Source: Podarcis liolepis
Taxonomy: Eukaryota
Length of the DNA: 64,000 nt
Strand: one strand, 5' to 3'
NCBI GenBank assembly: GCA_965112155.1
Contig: OZ218099.1
The notes beneath the pieces were generated by a model. That model searched no databases. It saw only the letters and a list, made by a program, of their open reading frames with translations, and was not told the DNA's origin. The position numbers and the translations under genes were made by a program. This document shows, piece by piece, positions 1 to 12,876 of this stretch (the first letter of the stretch is position 1; every line of letters starts with the position of its first letter).

Positions 1-1097
1 CAGAGATGTCCATTCCCCCAACGTGATTTACTCTTTTTCAAGCTGCTTAAGTGGGAACCTCTACAAAAAGATTTAAGTTAAGTGACTCTTATGCTGTGCT
101 GGAGCTCATTTATTATTGAATTAAATTTTCATTCCTTTTAAAGGGAAAAGAGAAATATCACTTTATATGAAACAAGGTAAAATTGTTCAAAGAAGGCAGC
201 TATTACCATCAGCGATGGGAGTTTATATATATATTTTAAAAAAATTACACAAGCATTTTTATTTTGCACTGATTACACATTCTGTGTGCATTTGTGTGTC
301 TTCCTGTATATCTGCACATATAAATATGGCGTAATTGTGCTCACATAAGTAAATTCACAAAAGTCCTCCTTTTCTATCTCCAATTTAAACACTCATGGAA
401 ACAGCACAACTTGTGAGCCAGGCAATCGTGGATAAGCCTAGCAAATGATTCTTGTCATTGTGGGGGATAGCAGTACATCCACCATGATTACAAGGTATTT
501 GCTACTACTGGCAGTCTCCATAATTGCCTAGTTTGCACATTGGGCTGGATCCAAAGAAGCGTGAGTGGAAGGAGTTCAGTCATTAGCACTGCTCTGCACT
601 GGTTGTGCAAGTGCGGGCAGATTATTGTGCACAACAATGTTTGTGGAGCCGTGCTTGTACATGTTGGTACGCAGTGTGCATATCGTTCCCCACTGGAAAG
701 TAAGTCGTAATGGCCAAAGCACAAAAGTCCCCCACTGACCCCTTTAAATCTCAAGCCCTGAGTACAGAGCAAGCTGTTAGTGTTTGCTTTGAGCTCAAGG
801 ATCAGGGGTTCAAAACAGTTGTGCCTGCAAACCATTGCTGTAAGTACCTTCCAATGGGGAACTGTGCACTCCAGCCATTATGATTTGCTTTGCAATAGGG
901 AACAACAGGCATTCCATATGCAGAATGAATCCCCCCCCCCCTATATAAACAGTTGAAAATATGGAATCTGGAGGGGAAAATAGGAGAGATCTCATGCAAA
1001 TAGTGGTGAAAGGACTTTCACCAATGGAAGAACTTCATTGAATGTGACACTTTCCACTAAATCAGACACAGGTTCAAGCCAACTATGTTTGTCTATA

Positions 1098-1428
1098 TAG
1101 GGCTTGCTGATTAGAAGGTTGGCGGTTTGAATCCCCACGACGGGGTGAGCTCCCGTTGTTCGGTCCGAGCTCCTGCCAACCTAGCAGTTCGAAAGCACAC
1201 AGTGCAAGTAGATAAATAGGTACCGCTCAGGTGGGAATGTAAACGGCGTTTCCGTGTGCTGCTCTGGTTCCACCAGAAGCAGCTTAGTCATGCTGGCCAC
1301 ATGACCTGGAAAAACTGTTTGCGGAAGCAGACAAATGCCGGTTCCCTCGGCCTTTAAAGCGAGATGAGCGCTGCAACCCCAGAGTTGTTCATAGCTGGAC
1401 TTAATTGTCAGGGGTCCCTTTACCTTTT
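1098..1428 (+). mobile_element. Sauria SINE (Squam1), slightly 5'-truncated
   Basis: Diagnostic body GGGGTGAGCTCCCGTTG...CTAGCAGTTCGAAAGCAC...GATAAATAGGTACCGCT...AGTCATGCTGGCCACATGACC and tail GGGGTCCCTTTACCTTT. Aligns along its length with the copy at 39459-39848. Confidence 0.92.
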
Positions 1429-1496
1429 TATATGGGCCAGCAGTTCAGGTTGACATGCCTCCGAACAACAACAACAACTTCTTTAGTGAACTTTTT

Positions 1497-1719
1497 GATT
1501 ATAGACAAATTCATGGAGGACTAAACTGTCAGTGGTTACTAGCCACAATAGCTATGCTTTGCATCTATGGTTCTGAATGTGAGTTGCTGGAAACTTGAGC
1601 CCTCTTGCATTCAGGTTCTGCTTGCGGGCTTCCCATGGGCATCTGGTAGGACACTGTGAGAAGAGGATGCCAGACTACATGGGCCAGTGGCTTGCTCCAG
1701 CAAGCTCTTATGTTCTTAC
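1497..1719 (+). mobile_element. CR1 LINE 3' end fragment
   Basis: AGACAAATTCATGGAGGA...CTGCTTGCGGGCTTCCCATGGGCATCTGG...CTCTTATGTTCTTA matches the squamate CR1 3' UTR and terminus. Homologous to 14008-14535 (-) and 42525-42613. Confidence 0.85.
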
Positions 1720-1739
1720 TCAAATTGTTTCATGTGTGG

Positions 1740-1900
1740 CATCTTAATGATCTTTACAGCAAACTGATAAGGCACAGCGGTATTATTATTCCCATACTGC
1801 AGACAGGAAACTGAGGCTGCCAGATAGTGGCGTGCCTAATAGTGAGAAAGTTGAGCTAAGATCTGAACTGCAGCATTTCTGGTTCACAGCTAAGTCTACC
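1740..1900 (-). mobile_element. Old CORE-SINE (MIR-like) remnant
   Basis: TATTATTATTCCCATACTGCAGACAGGAAACTGAGGCT is the reverse complement of the CORE motif. Confidence 0.6.
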
Positions 1901-2968
1901 AGCTAAGTATGGTGCTCAAACTTTAGCACCATTGGGTTTAAATCTAAGTAAACTTGCACTATGCTAAGCGCAGAGCATTCCATTATGCAAACCTCAAATT
2001 GTCCAAACCTGCAAATTATCCAAAACATGAAATGCTTCCCATGTAGTGTTATGTCATTGTAGCTTTAGAAACAACACTCCTGTTTACCTAAACTTCTGAT
2101 TGTTCAGGATTTGGCATATTCCCATGGCCATTCAAATTGCCTATGTCATATGGCACACATATATGTGGGTTTTATTGTTTATTTGTGCCCAGAACAATGT
2201 ACGCAAAACATAGAAACAAGATACAATAAAACAGTGCTACATTACAAAAAAATAAAATAAAAATCACGGTAAATCAATTAAAACAAACAGATGAAGAATG
2301 CATCTCTTGTTTATCCAAATTGAGTATGCATTGATCAATGGGTTCCTGGCTGCCACCTCAACACCACAACCAGTTCAAGGGCTATAGAAGCTTTAAAGAA
2401 CGTAGAGGCAAAAGCCCTCATACGTTCTTGACATCTGGGACTGTACTTTGCTCAAAAATTCCACTTCCCTACGATTTTCCATACTTTTCACTGCATATTA
2501 AAACAGAACATAATTTAATTTATTTGACATTCTTTTTTTTTTCATTTAGATTCGTATCTTATGCCAGGGTACTCATCTTGTTCATCCTTACAAAAAATCC
2601 TATTATGTAGGGCAGTATTATTTTAGGTGGAGGGTTTTTTGCAGGGGGCGACAACAATATCAATGTGCTATCAAAGTATCTAACATTATGTGAGACCTTA
2701 AGATAATATTAATATTACTCGGTTTCTATTTATATAAGACAGTCATAAGCTGTCTTTGTGTGTAAATCCAAGTTGCAAATGAAGGTAATACAGAAAACAA
2801 GATTTTACTTATACTGAGGACTTATTATAATACCAACACAGTAAATTTTCCATACTTCCAATCTCTTATTTATTCTCGCAAAAAATAAGGACACAGAATA
2901 AATTTTTCAGGATGGTGATGGCATTGTGATGGTGATGGCTGTGGCCTCTCCCTCTGAGTTTGTGGTAA

Positions 2969-3163
2969 CATCCACACCATTCATTTAAAGCACTCTTAAT
3001 TGCACTTCAACAGACAACATGGCTCTCCGCCCCCCCCCCCCCAAGAATTTTAGGAACTGGTGTTTGTTCTGTGCCTCCTATCACCTCTCAGCATCCTTAA
3101 TAAACTGCATTTCCCAGGAAGCCAGAACTGTTAAAAGTGGTATAAGAGTGTATGAATGTGCAC
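2969..3163. mobile_element. Palindromic non-autonomous DNA element (MITE-like)
   Basis: CATCCACACCATTCATTTAAAGCA left end. Internal inverted GGAACTGGTGTTTG / AAACTGCATTTCCCAGG. Related copies at 14884-15218 and 49900-50077. Confidence 0.65.
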
Positions 3164-3499
3164 CATAGCAACTGTTACTGGATGAAACTGGGATATGCAT
3201 ATCCATTTGCCTTCTATGATGAACTGGTTAAGATAATGTGATCATAGTAATTCTGGTAGCTTTACAGAGCCCTGAAGTGAGCAAAAATAGTGCCTGGCTG
3301 CCAAGCAGATATTAATTCCATGGAATCACCCTGTGCCTAAACTGAGTAGCAACCAAACATAGCAGTGCAAATGCTCCTGGAATGTGTCTCCTACAACATC
3401 CATGTGGAAGAAGCATGCAGAGACCAATTCACTCCACTGATGTCATTATTTATTATTTCTTAAGTGATTAAACTTACTAGGAACTGGATAAAAATAAAA

Positions 3500-4500
3500 T
3501 CAACGCGAACCGTGTCCATTCTGAGATCTGGAAGCAGAGGATTTGGCGCACTCCTTGTTTACTCATTGAGAAAAACACGAGGCATTAAGCAAAAGCCCGC
3601 CCGTTTAAACTAAATGGTTAACCCATAGAATCAAATTGGCTAAATGTTCCAGAGGAAAACACATTTTAAAAAGAAAATCAACCCTGCCAGATCCCATGTA
3701 ATGGTGTCATTTACACTCTAGTCACATGAGCTTAAAGCGCAAGACCCTTTCATAATTAGGTACGTACACTATACCGGCTCCCTGCCTAATTAGCAAATTA
3801 TGTTGAAAATAGCATCCTGCTAATTAACGGTTATTATGGCATTCCTGAAGCTGAAGCTTTAATTATCACCAACCCTAATGCTTGTGTACAGGGGGGGGGG
3901 GGGACTTTCTTTAAATGATCAATAAGGGCAGGAGATTATTATCAGGCAAATCTGCTGACGGCTGATTAATTTGTTTGATGCAAAGTTGCTGCGTGTTTCA
4001 TATTATTTTATCGAAGTTGCAGGAAAAAGGTACATAATTTGGTTTCATTAGCAACCACTGCTATTTATCACAAGAAGATGCCCCTTTCCTTTTTAGTTGT
4101 TTGTTCAGTTCCCTCTGTGTTTTTGCCTGCACCAGCATCAAAGTCAAGAGCAAGGAAGTTTTAATTAAGTGACACTAATGAGGTCGTTGAAAATGATACT
4201 TCAGCAATTCAGCATGCTGTTAAATGTGTTTATTCTATAATGTCATCAAAGGTTATTGTTTTCCCTTGTAATAGATAAAATTCATTACCATAAGCATTGT
4301 ACTTCCGAGTGTAAGAAATACAAGATGCAAGTTAGTCAGGTGTGTTTCTGTTACATGTCACTTTTAATCTGCCTCCCCAAGTGATTAGATGCTTAAACTA
4401 CACTTCAAAGTACAGCATTACTTCCTTTATATATTTCTTTAAAAGCGCAAACCATTGTTAGTGCCATTTAGAATTTAGCCCCGATTCTCTATCAGCGTGC
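3500..4500. promoter_or_regulatory. Candidate conserved non-coding element / developmental enhancer
   Basis: About 1 kb with no recognisable repeat. TAATTA at about 3753, 3788, 3821, 3860 and 4162; TGATTAAT 3963; FOX-like TGTTTAC 3556; SOX-like CATTGTT 4453; several retained CpGs. Conservation not tested. Confidence 0.45.
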
Positions 4501-5638
4501 CAAGTAGACACCCAAATTTGAAATGCATAAATACTATACATGTGTGTCTATTACACACACACCCTTGATTTTTGATTGCTGGTCGCCATGCAGTATTACT
4601 TCTTTTTTGGACAACAACATGGTAATTTGATCTTCTATCACTACTTGTTGCATCAAGATGGGGACAAGTGAATACACAGGAGTGGGAAGAAGGAGGGAGG
4701 TGGTGGGAAGAAATGCATTCCATCATTTCTGAAGAAGTGAGCAGGAAGGGTGAAACTGTTCACCTAATGAAGCTCTTCTTAGAATTAAAAGTCAGGTGGG
4801 GGTTTCCCGAGACCCTGGTGATTTGTTACAGGAAGTGTTTACAGTATCCCTCATAACAACAGAGGCTCCTCATTTCCCTTGCCCCCCCCCATTGCTTCAG
4901 AAAAGTAAGGGACTTTTCACATTCCCACCGCTAATTCTAAGTCGAAGCACCATTGGGGAAAGGTCAGAAACTCTTCAAATATTAGAACTCTTCAAACTCT
5001 TGTAGAAATTGTGGATTCTATGGTGTTGCCGAGAGGTAAGCCTCTGAAACGTGTGAGCTTTAGGTTCTATACAGCTCTGGTGTATTGCTTTGTAATAAGG
5101 GTTACTTGTTGCCATTGCCAGCTGGCACGCAGGCTGAAACCCTTCCGAGGGGCAATGACCCAGCAACCACCATCCAGGCCCCTGCAACCTCAAAAATCAA
5201 TTGCTGGCAGATGCCTTACATTGGGATGCCTCATAAAATTATTTGGAAACTGCAGAGGGTGTAGAATATGCTGCTGCTTGCCTCTTTTCAACCCAATTTT
5301 AAGCAATCTGTACGTAAAAAATGGTAATTTCAGACTCTGGAGCTGGCTATGTTCTATGATGCTGTCATAATCTTAAGTCTAATATGCCTCCCTTAATGTG
5401 TCATTCAATTCTTGCTTAGATTCACCACTGTACAGGTGACCAGGATGATGTGAGTCTAATGGTCCCTACCCCTTTGCTGAGCCTCACAGATACTGTAAAA
5501 CCTTCCTGCTCAGTCATCCTCTAGAAATGTCTTTGTAATTTAAATGTTAGGTTGACTTTCTTAACCCTAAGCCAGAACTCAATACACATGGTGGAGGGAT
5601 GGTGCGAGTCACTTCTTGTGAATGCCTAATATACTAAT

Positions 5639-5706
5639 ACCCCATATACCCCATAGTTGCCTTTGACTGGACTTAACTGTCCAGGGACCCTTTACCTTTA
5701 CATATA
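5639..5706 (+). mobile_element. Extremely 5'-truncated Sauria SINE tail insertion with 13-bp TSD
   Basis: ACCCCATAGTTGCCTTTGACTGGACTTAACTGTCCAGGGACCCTTTACCTTTA is nearly identical to the 3' end of the SINE at 39459. CTAATATACTAAT flanks it at 5626-5638 and 5707-5719. Confidence 0.88.
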
Positions 5707-6894
5707 CTAATATACTAATGTGGCTTATGTGATTTCACACCCCTTCTTTTTTGAAGGGGAAATATCACAAATGGGACAGAGTGGCCAGTTCAGACTTGAT
5801 ATTATCTGCACAATAGTTGAGGAAAACTTTCTTCACATAAGAATTACCTCCCCATCCAGAGAGTGTTTCAGCATGTGATTTGCTTATGTATAGCTATATG
5901 TTTCTGTAGATTCACCTCTCTACTCTAGCCTTTCACACCTGAGATATATAGTTTAGGATCCACCCTATTTTCTTGACTGTAATTTGTTCTGTTTTTATTA
6001 TTGCATTTTTAAATAGCTGCAACCCATCCTGGGAATTCATGATGACGGATATGTAAAAAATAATAATCAAATAAATTAGAATAATAAGGAAAACAAACAG
6101 ACAATGGCCATTTTAAAGTGAGATTTAGGGGATCACCAGCACTGGATCCCAAATTAAAAGTTATATGTTTGAAAAGCCTACTGTCTGACGAAAGAGATTC
6201 AACATCTCCATTGAGATGCAAACACAAGAATGTTGAGTGATCCATAAATCACTGTTGTGTCAACACAGCCCAAAAGTCAAGAAAAGGATGGAAGTCATAG
6301 CAACAGTGCTCTTCCTCATGGGTTTGGGGGGGGTGGAACGTGTCTGGGTCATATGCCCCCTAACCTTTTCTCTTTCTCAATTGAGCTCTGTGACATTTGT
6401 CTATCTGCATTCCATAAGAGCTGGCCCTGTTTGCTTTCGGAAAGTACTGGTAACTGTGTTTTACAGTCCCGTCCCCCCCATTGACACAAATAATCTCAGC
6501 GCAAGATGCATTCCCTTCTCAGAAGGGCTTGCTTCCTGTCTTCTGTTCTTCAAATAGGATTTTATGTTTTGTTTGTTTTACACAAGGGGAGAAAGGGGAA
6601 AGAAGAAACAAAAGAAAATTTTCCCCATGGGAAAGTTAGCCTCAAAGTATAGCATTTCTATAGCAGGATAAACCACTATCATCACTGCAGAGAACATAAT
6701 TACAGACAGAAACAGAGACAAAAACACAGATGTACTGAACAAGCAGTCTTGTCACTTCAAAATCAGAAGGTCAATAGGCTGGTTTGTCTTGAAGTGTGGT
6801 GAAACAGACATTTGCCTTTTTCTCTTCAGGGATTCCTACTGAGGTTTTAATTCTAAGCACACAGCTAGGCATAATTCTAAGCGCCAAGTCACAT

Positions 6895-7090
6895 GACCGA
6901 ATTGGTGTGCTGGTGTTGTGTCCACCAGAACATTGTCTCAGGTTCGGATCTCTCCTCAGCCACAAACTTACCCTGTAGCCTCAGGTAGGCCCACTTTCTC
7001 TCAGACCTCCATTTGCAAGATGGAAATCATATACAGAGTTACTGTACAGATTGCAGAGACAGTGCATGTGAAACTCATTGAGATAAATGC
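6895..7090 (+). mobile_element. Old CORE-SINE (MIR/Squam3-like) remnant
   Basis: B-box-like CAGGTTCGGATCTC, then a degenerate CORE (CTCTCAGACCTCCATTTGCAAGATGGAAAT). Confidence 0.5.
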
Positions 7091-7621
7091 TAGGCAAATC
7101 AATCCAGTTTGCATTTCCTTGGGTGAACTAAGCTAACTCTGAGCTAGCTCTTGAATGTCCTATTTCCAGCCTATTATATGAAGGTTTAAAGATTGACAGC
7201 TAGGGTGGCCAGTTATGAATTCCCATAGCAGATGATTTGCAGCATCACCCAAAAGAAGACACCAATTTGCACATGGGGATTTATATATATAGATGCAAAT
7301 TTAGAAATAATGGTGATGATTTAAATAGAAATACAACACATCTCACCATAGTGAGGAAAAAAACAAGGTGCCTTATGTGCCTGTCTGCCTGCTCAGTCTG
7401 CTGACCAGGTGCTGTTAACTTGTTCCCAAATAAATAGGCATATACCATAATTCTAGTACCTAACAGGATTTTACAAGTATTATTTGTGTTTGTAGCTGAC
7501 AACTTTGACTTCTTAGCAAGAGTGTAACAAAAGAGGGTCACATCAAATATCAGAATATTACTGGAAAGCATGAAAAAAATGCCACCTGAGATCAACTTGC
7601 ATTTAGACAACTTGGCACCTT

Positions 7622-7713
7622 AACAGTGCACTCCTATACATGCCTACACAGAATAAGCCCCATTGAGTTCTATGGAACTTAGTCCCAGGTATGTGTTGAT
7701 AGGATTGCAACTT
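7622..7713. mobile_element. Short palindromic repeat of about 90 bp (MITE-like)
   Basis: TGCACTCCTAT...TAAGCCCCATTGAGTTCTATGGAACTTA...ATAGGATTGCA. Similar copies at about 22750-22862 and 54326-54423. Confidence 0.6.
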
Positions 7714-8127
7714 TAGGCAAACTAGATTGTAACCCAACCACATACCTGCGATACTGGCGTGCTACTGGCAAGTTGCCAGAACTGGAAGTCTGCTTTGGCA
7801 GGCTCAGACGTGGACTTGGGAGACAATCTTTCAATCACTTCCATGCCTGCGCTATAAATTGGGGGTCCAGCCTGGGCACTAGCCAGTGTCTTACTTGCCT
7901 ACCAAACCATCTATCCTGAACCTTGCTGTATTACCTTTGATATGTATTGGCATTAGTTGCTGATCAACAGGCATAGGAAGGAATTTTACCATTTTCCAAG
8001 GTGATACAGGACAAATAATTTAGCTATTATGGCTGATTTTATCTATATATTAGCAATAAATGTGGTATATTGTTCTTATGTACACCACTTGGAGATTTTA
8101 AAAAAGTGGTTTATAAATTCTTCTAAG

Positions 8128-8272
8128 CAGTGCTTTTTTCTGGGGCTACGCAGGGGTACACATACCCCTAAACATTTTGTTAATCTAAGTTTGGCCTCAC
8201 TGAGGGGCAGTATTTCAATATGAGTAGGAAAATGAAAGTACCCCTAAACATTTTTTAAGAAAAATAGCACTG
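8128..8272 (+). mobile_element. hAT MITE, 145-bp family, copy 1
   Basis: TIRs CAGTGCTTTTTTCT / AGAAAAATAGCACTG. Perfect 8-bp TSD CTTCTAAG at 8120-8127 and 8273-8280. Confidence 0.92.
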
Positions 8273-9009
8273 CTTCTAAGTAAAAGAAAAAAACAAATCA
8301 GTGGTTGCATGATGGTTCTGTCTTGGCTTCTTCCATTTTGTCACAACTTATCTTGGCTGGTGCTGGGACAATGGGCATGATCCATTGTCCACAATGGAGG
8401 AGTGGGCTCTCTCCTTTCATTCTGGCCTTAGGATGCATGGGCTCATAGTCCAAGCCACCTTGGAGAGTTGGCAGGCCGGCCATAACCCCAGGTTGACAGA
8501 GGTGGATATAGTAGCAGTGCACACCACAGTGGCCCGAAGTTCGCCTTGTGCTGTCAGAAACTGGATCCCTGCCACTGTCATTCCAAACTGCAGTGTGAGC
8601 TCTACCCACTGAAGCTGTGACATTTTTAGCTCATGCGCTGCCTTTGCAGTTCTTGCACTCCTGTTTTGCTCTGCTCCCTGCTGGGGCCACAATTCAGGCT
8701 CACCCACACGTAAGATCTGGGTGAGTAGAATAGGGACAGCATGGCTCAAAACTTTTAAGTCAACAAATTGAATTAATCAGGTTCAACCCAATTTGGAACT
8801 GTAGATTAAAGCCAGCAGATTAGCAGACACCAATGTAGTCAAGTAGCGGGGTGTGTCTTGATCCTTAGACAGCTAGCAGTGTGAATCATTGTGAACTGTG
8901 TGTGCACACTCATCGGTGTGTGCACGAATGCACATTCATCCATAAGAAGCACACAGAGATCACACGACTGGAAGAGACGCTAATTCCCTGCTTCCTGGCC
9001 AAATTGCCC

Positions 9010-9172
9010 TTTTAAAATGTTGGGGGTTTTTCGGGGGGGGGGGTATTGGGTTGTTGTTTTTAAATTTTGAGTTATATATTTTGTGGTTTTGGATTTTGAT
9101 TTTGTTCTGTTAACCACCCTGAGACCTCCAGGTATAGGACGGTATATACATTCTAATAATAAGAATAATAAT
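9010..9172 (+). mobile_element. L2-type LINE 3' end
   Basis: T-rich tract, then TGTTAACCACCCTGAGACCTCCAGGTATAGGACGGTATATA and an (AAT)n tail. Confidence 0.7.
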
Positions 9173-11267
9173 AGGACTACTAGTGAGAAGTAGCAAAAAA
9201 AAAACAAATGGAAAAAGTGGTGATTAATTGCAAATGCCTCGTTACTGAGCACTTCCTCACACAGTGCCACAGAAGCAGCTGCTGAACAGACTAGCAGTAG
9301 GAAGTTGCAAGGAGGGGGGAAAGGAGGGGGGAGATACTGAAAGACTCTTAAAAAAAATAGTTTTTCTGCCATAGATCATCATTTTTAATGATAAGGTATC
9401 TTCCTACCATGAGCGAGTGCAGCTTTTAAAAGGGAAGAAGCATTGTAATATTTGATGCCTGCCACCTCCCCTTCCTCAACACAACAACCACACAAGCAGC
9501 TGATGCCTTTTCAAAGCCCAGCATTGTTCTGTTCAATTCATTCTTGGCCTATTGTTGGCCACTCTCCTTTGACTGACATGTGACATTCTTGTCTTCATGG
9601 ATGGGGAAGCAAAGCTCTTGATGGTTATTGACATAAGAAAATGTCATGTCTGAATATGTTTTAGTAGGACCTTTCTCTCTTGGTTCCACCTTCTTCCCCC
9701 TCCCCTCCTGTCACACAGTTTGCTACATTTAATGCCATGAAAGTCCTTAAAAAAAAAAAAGGACTCATCATCTAAACCCTTAATTATTCTCAAGGGTTTT
9801 CAAGTGGTACTTAATTGCCAGACAACATTGAAAATCACATTTGCAGCAAGTCTCTCTTGCAAGGCAGAACACACCACATCGGCCTTTCTGTACATGAGGG
9901 TGGCTGAAAGTACAACATGTCTTTGTGGCTCAAAATATAACACTACAGGTCCCTAGTCAACGATGGTGAAGGCAGCGCTGCTAAGAAGCTAAAGACGAAG
10001 GGCTAAAATAGAGTAGCGATCAATTCCTGAAGGTTTCTACTTTAAAACATCCCAAGTTGTGGTCCTGGCTATATGGGAAATTGGTCTTGCACAACCTCTG
10101 ACCATGCAGTGTGATGATGCAGTAATTGCAGGGTGTGCTAAGGCAGTCTATGGAACTAGTGTGGATGCTTCAAAGCTACAACTGCACAAGAAGCAGCAAT
10201 ATTTTAATAGCAGTGGTTTCTGGCCAACTGCATTCTCCATTCTGCTCAGAGCAGACTCACTGAAACGGATGGAGCTAACGTCATATTTCCAGTGTGTCTA
10301 CAAGACCTGTGCAAGGATTTCTGATTGTGCAGTGAGGCTTTCCACATCTTTCCCCTACAACCCCTGAAATTAGCTTACAGGGGTGGGAGAACACCCAAAA
10401 CAGCACAAGGGGTGGGGGGAAGAGGGGATATTGTTCCATTTGACAAGCTGAAATGCTTGGGAATTCAACATTGAATTCCTCCTTTGTGGGCACCTGTATC
10501 GGGCACAACCTGGACAAAAATCACGTGCCACGTTGACTGGTTTTTGAGGAGGTAGCTTTTATTTTCAGTCCATTTTACCCCCCTTTTTGGCCTCAGGTAT
10601 TGTGGAATTCAAAAGCTATAATATCATTAAAAATAAACGCAATGGGTTTCTTTTCCCTGTGAGGAAACACCTTCATGATAGCAGATGGCAATTTGCTAAA
10701 GGCTTAGCGTAGACGACTACCACTTTACAAGGGCCCTCCGACTGTCACTTAAAACAGTGCAGCAGCCACTGAACACTCTGTGGGGAGGGAAGGAGGAGAA
10801 AAGTGGAAAAGCTGAAGTCATCACGTGGTCCTGGACAGCAGCACTCAGGAGGTTTTTCTGTACATAAACCTCTGATGCAGTGAGACTTTGGAATGACACA
10901 ATCACAACCACCTTTCACTCATTCCACCTCAAGTTTTTAGAGGAGTGGGGGCGGGGGTGGATGTAGAATTAAAAGTCCTCCCCAGACACAGAAATAGCTT
11001 TTACGGCACTGGTTTTCACACATAAACCAAGGGGTTACGTAGCTGGTGGTGCAAAAGCTCAAATAGGTCTCATCTGGAATGCACTGGGAGTGGTTTAATT
11101 TAATTTAGTAATTGGCATTGGTCAATTTCTGTGCTTGCATGAATGATTATCATCAACTCAGCAGATGTGACACAGATTCAGTACCTCTCCTTGGGTTTTA
11201 CCAAAGGGCACTGAAAGTCAGGGATTCTGAAAGCTTTGACGGTTTAGGACTAGGATTGGTTTGAGGA

Positions 11268-11414
11268 AGGGCTAGAGTAACAGAGCATCTTTTTTGCATT
11301 AAGAAGGTTCCTGGTTCAATTCCTGAACCCGTGAGGAGCTACTTCCAGTGTAGACAACACTGAGATAGATGGACCAAAAGTCTGACTTGCCATAAAGCAG
11401 CTTCCTATGTTCCT
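11268..11414 (+). mobile_element. Squam2 SINE, internally deleted
   Basis: tRNA head AGAGCATCTTTTTTGCATTAAGAAGGTTCCTGGTTCAATTCC, plus tail GTAGACAACACTGAGATAGATGGACCAAAAGTCTGACT...GCAGCTTCCTATGTTCCT. Confidence 0.8.
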
Positions 11415-12840
11415 GTGGTGCAGCACATAAGTCAAGAAGAGATCAAGGCCAAGTTTGCAGGAGATGGGTGGACTGGGGTTTAGTCTCATTGTTCTAGCTG
11501 TAGCTTGGCACACTCATAAAGCCAGTTCAAGTGGCGCATACTGGCAGTATGCCAGCACATACAAGACAACAGATTTCTCACTTGCGCCTGTTGCACAACA
11601 AAGAAAGCAGTTCAACCTGAGACAATCAGAAGGCACCTGGAACTCACACAGCACTTCCAAGGCTAGTGTTTTATCACATGGCTCTGTTCTCCCCTCAGTC
11701 CAGGTGAATGGCACACCTCTTTAACTGCTTCAGAAGGAATCTATAGACTACTACATCCTCTACTGTAAGAGATACTGTCACTGCTGGTATTTTGCATTTG
11801 TCCATTTCTTGGTGCAAAATTTCACTCTGTTTCTAGCCCTCTAGATAGGTTTTTATAAAGAGTAAAACTGCAAACTTTGTTGGGAACACATGTGGCGCTT
11901 TAGAGCTACTTTGTAAAATCCTTGGTGTTGCCAAGATGGTAGCATCAACAGGTTTGCCTACTTTCAGTTTTTAATATACTGAAAGGAGACAGAGCCATGG
12001 CAGCTGGCATCAAAGGCAGAACCTAGAGTCTAGAAGCTTTTCAACCCCAAAATGATGTTCTAAATGACACAGGAGAGGTGCTCTTTACTAGCTGGACCAG
12101 TAAATTACAATTAAATAACAGACCGGCCACCCTAAGTGGCATTGAGACTGATGTTGCCTTCTTTGGGATCACTTTATTTGCGGTTCCTGAAAATGTATGA
12201 AATGCAAGACAGCTACGTATCTTTTTTGACAATACAAAAAAAGTGCAATTTGCTAGCTCAGTGAGAATGCAGCCAAAACAACTCTGCCTTTGCCAGCCAA
12301 CCGTATTTAGGAACGGTACCTTGAAGACCCGGCACTGAAGATTCCTTAAACAGCAAAGCACTTTTGGGATTCCACTATGCGGTACACCAACCACAGTGAA
12401 CAATACTAAATAGATTTCACCTAAAAACACTGTTCAGAATTCTTTATTGACATCAGTGAGACTTTTCCCCAGGAACAAGCTTGAGGACGGTCTCCTAATC
12501 CCTATCATTTCTCTTCAGCTGTAAATATCTTCCCATGGCCCCAGATTACTCCTCTGTGTTTGGCGAAAAACTGAAATGTCCTTGGTAACTGCCTTAGGAG
12601 CGGGATTGTGTGCATTTATCTGTATTGTAAAGCATCTGTCTCCCGCAGTAAACAAATCGCCACTAATATAATTATTACTATTATTGTTTCCTATAGCACT
12701 GAAATATAATTTTGGAACAATTCAGTCCCCCTCAGTGCACAATTACAATTAAGCAGAAGTCAGTGATATTCCAAAGCTGTCATTTGACTCATTATTTCTT
12801 GGAACTGGCCATAGTTAACATCACCATATTTAAAATGGGT

Positions 12841-12876
12841 TGAAATATACACTCTGCCTGAAATATACACTCTGCC
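12841..12876. repeat. Perfect 18-bp tandem duplication
   Basis: TGAAATATACACTCTGCC x2. Confidence 0.9.
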
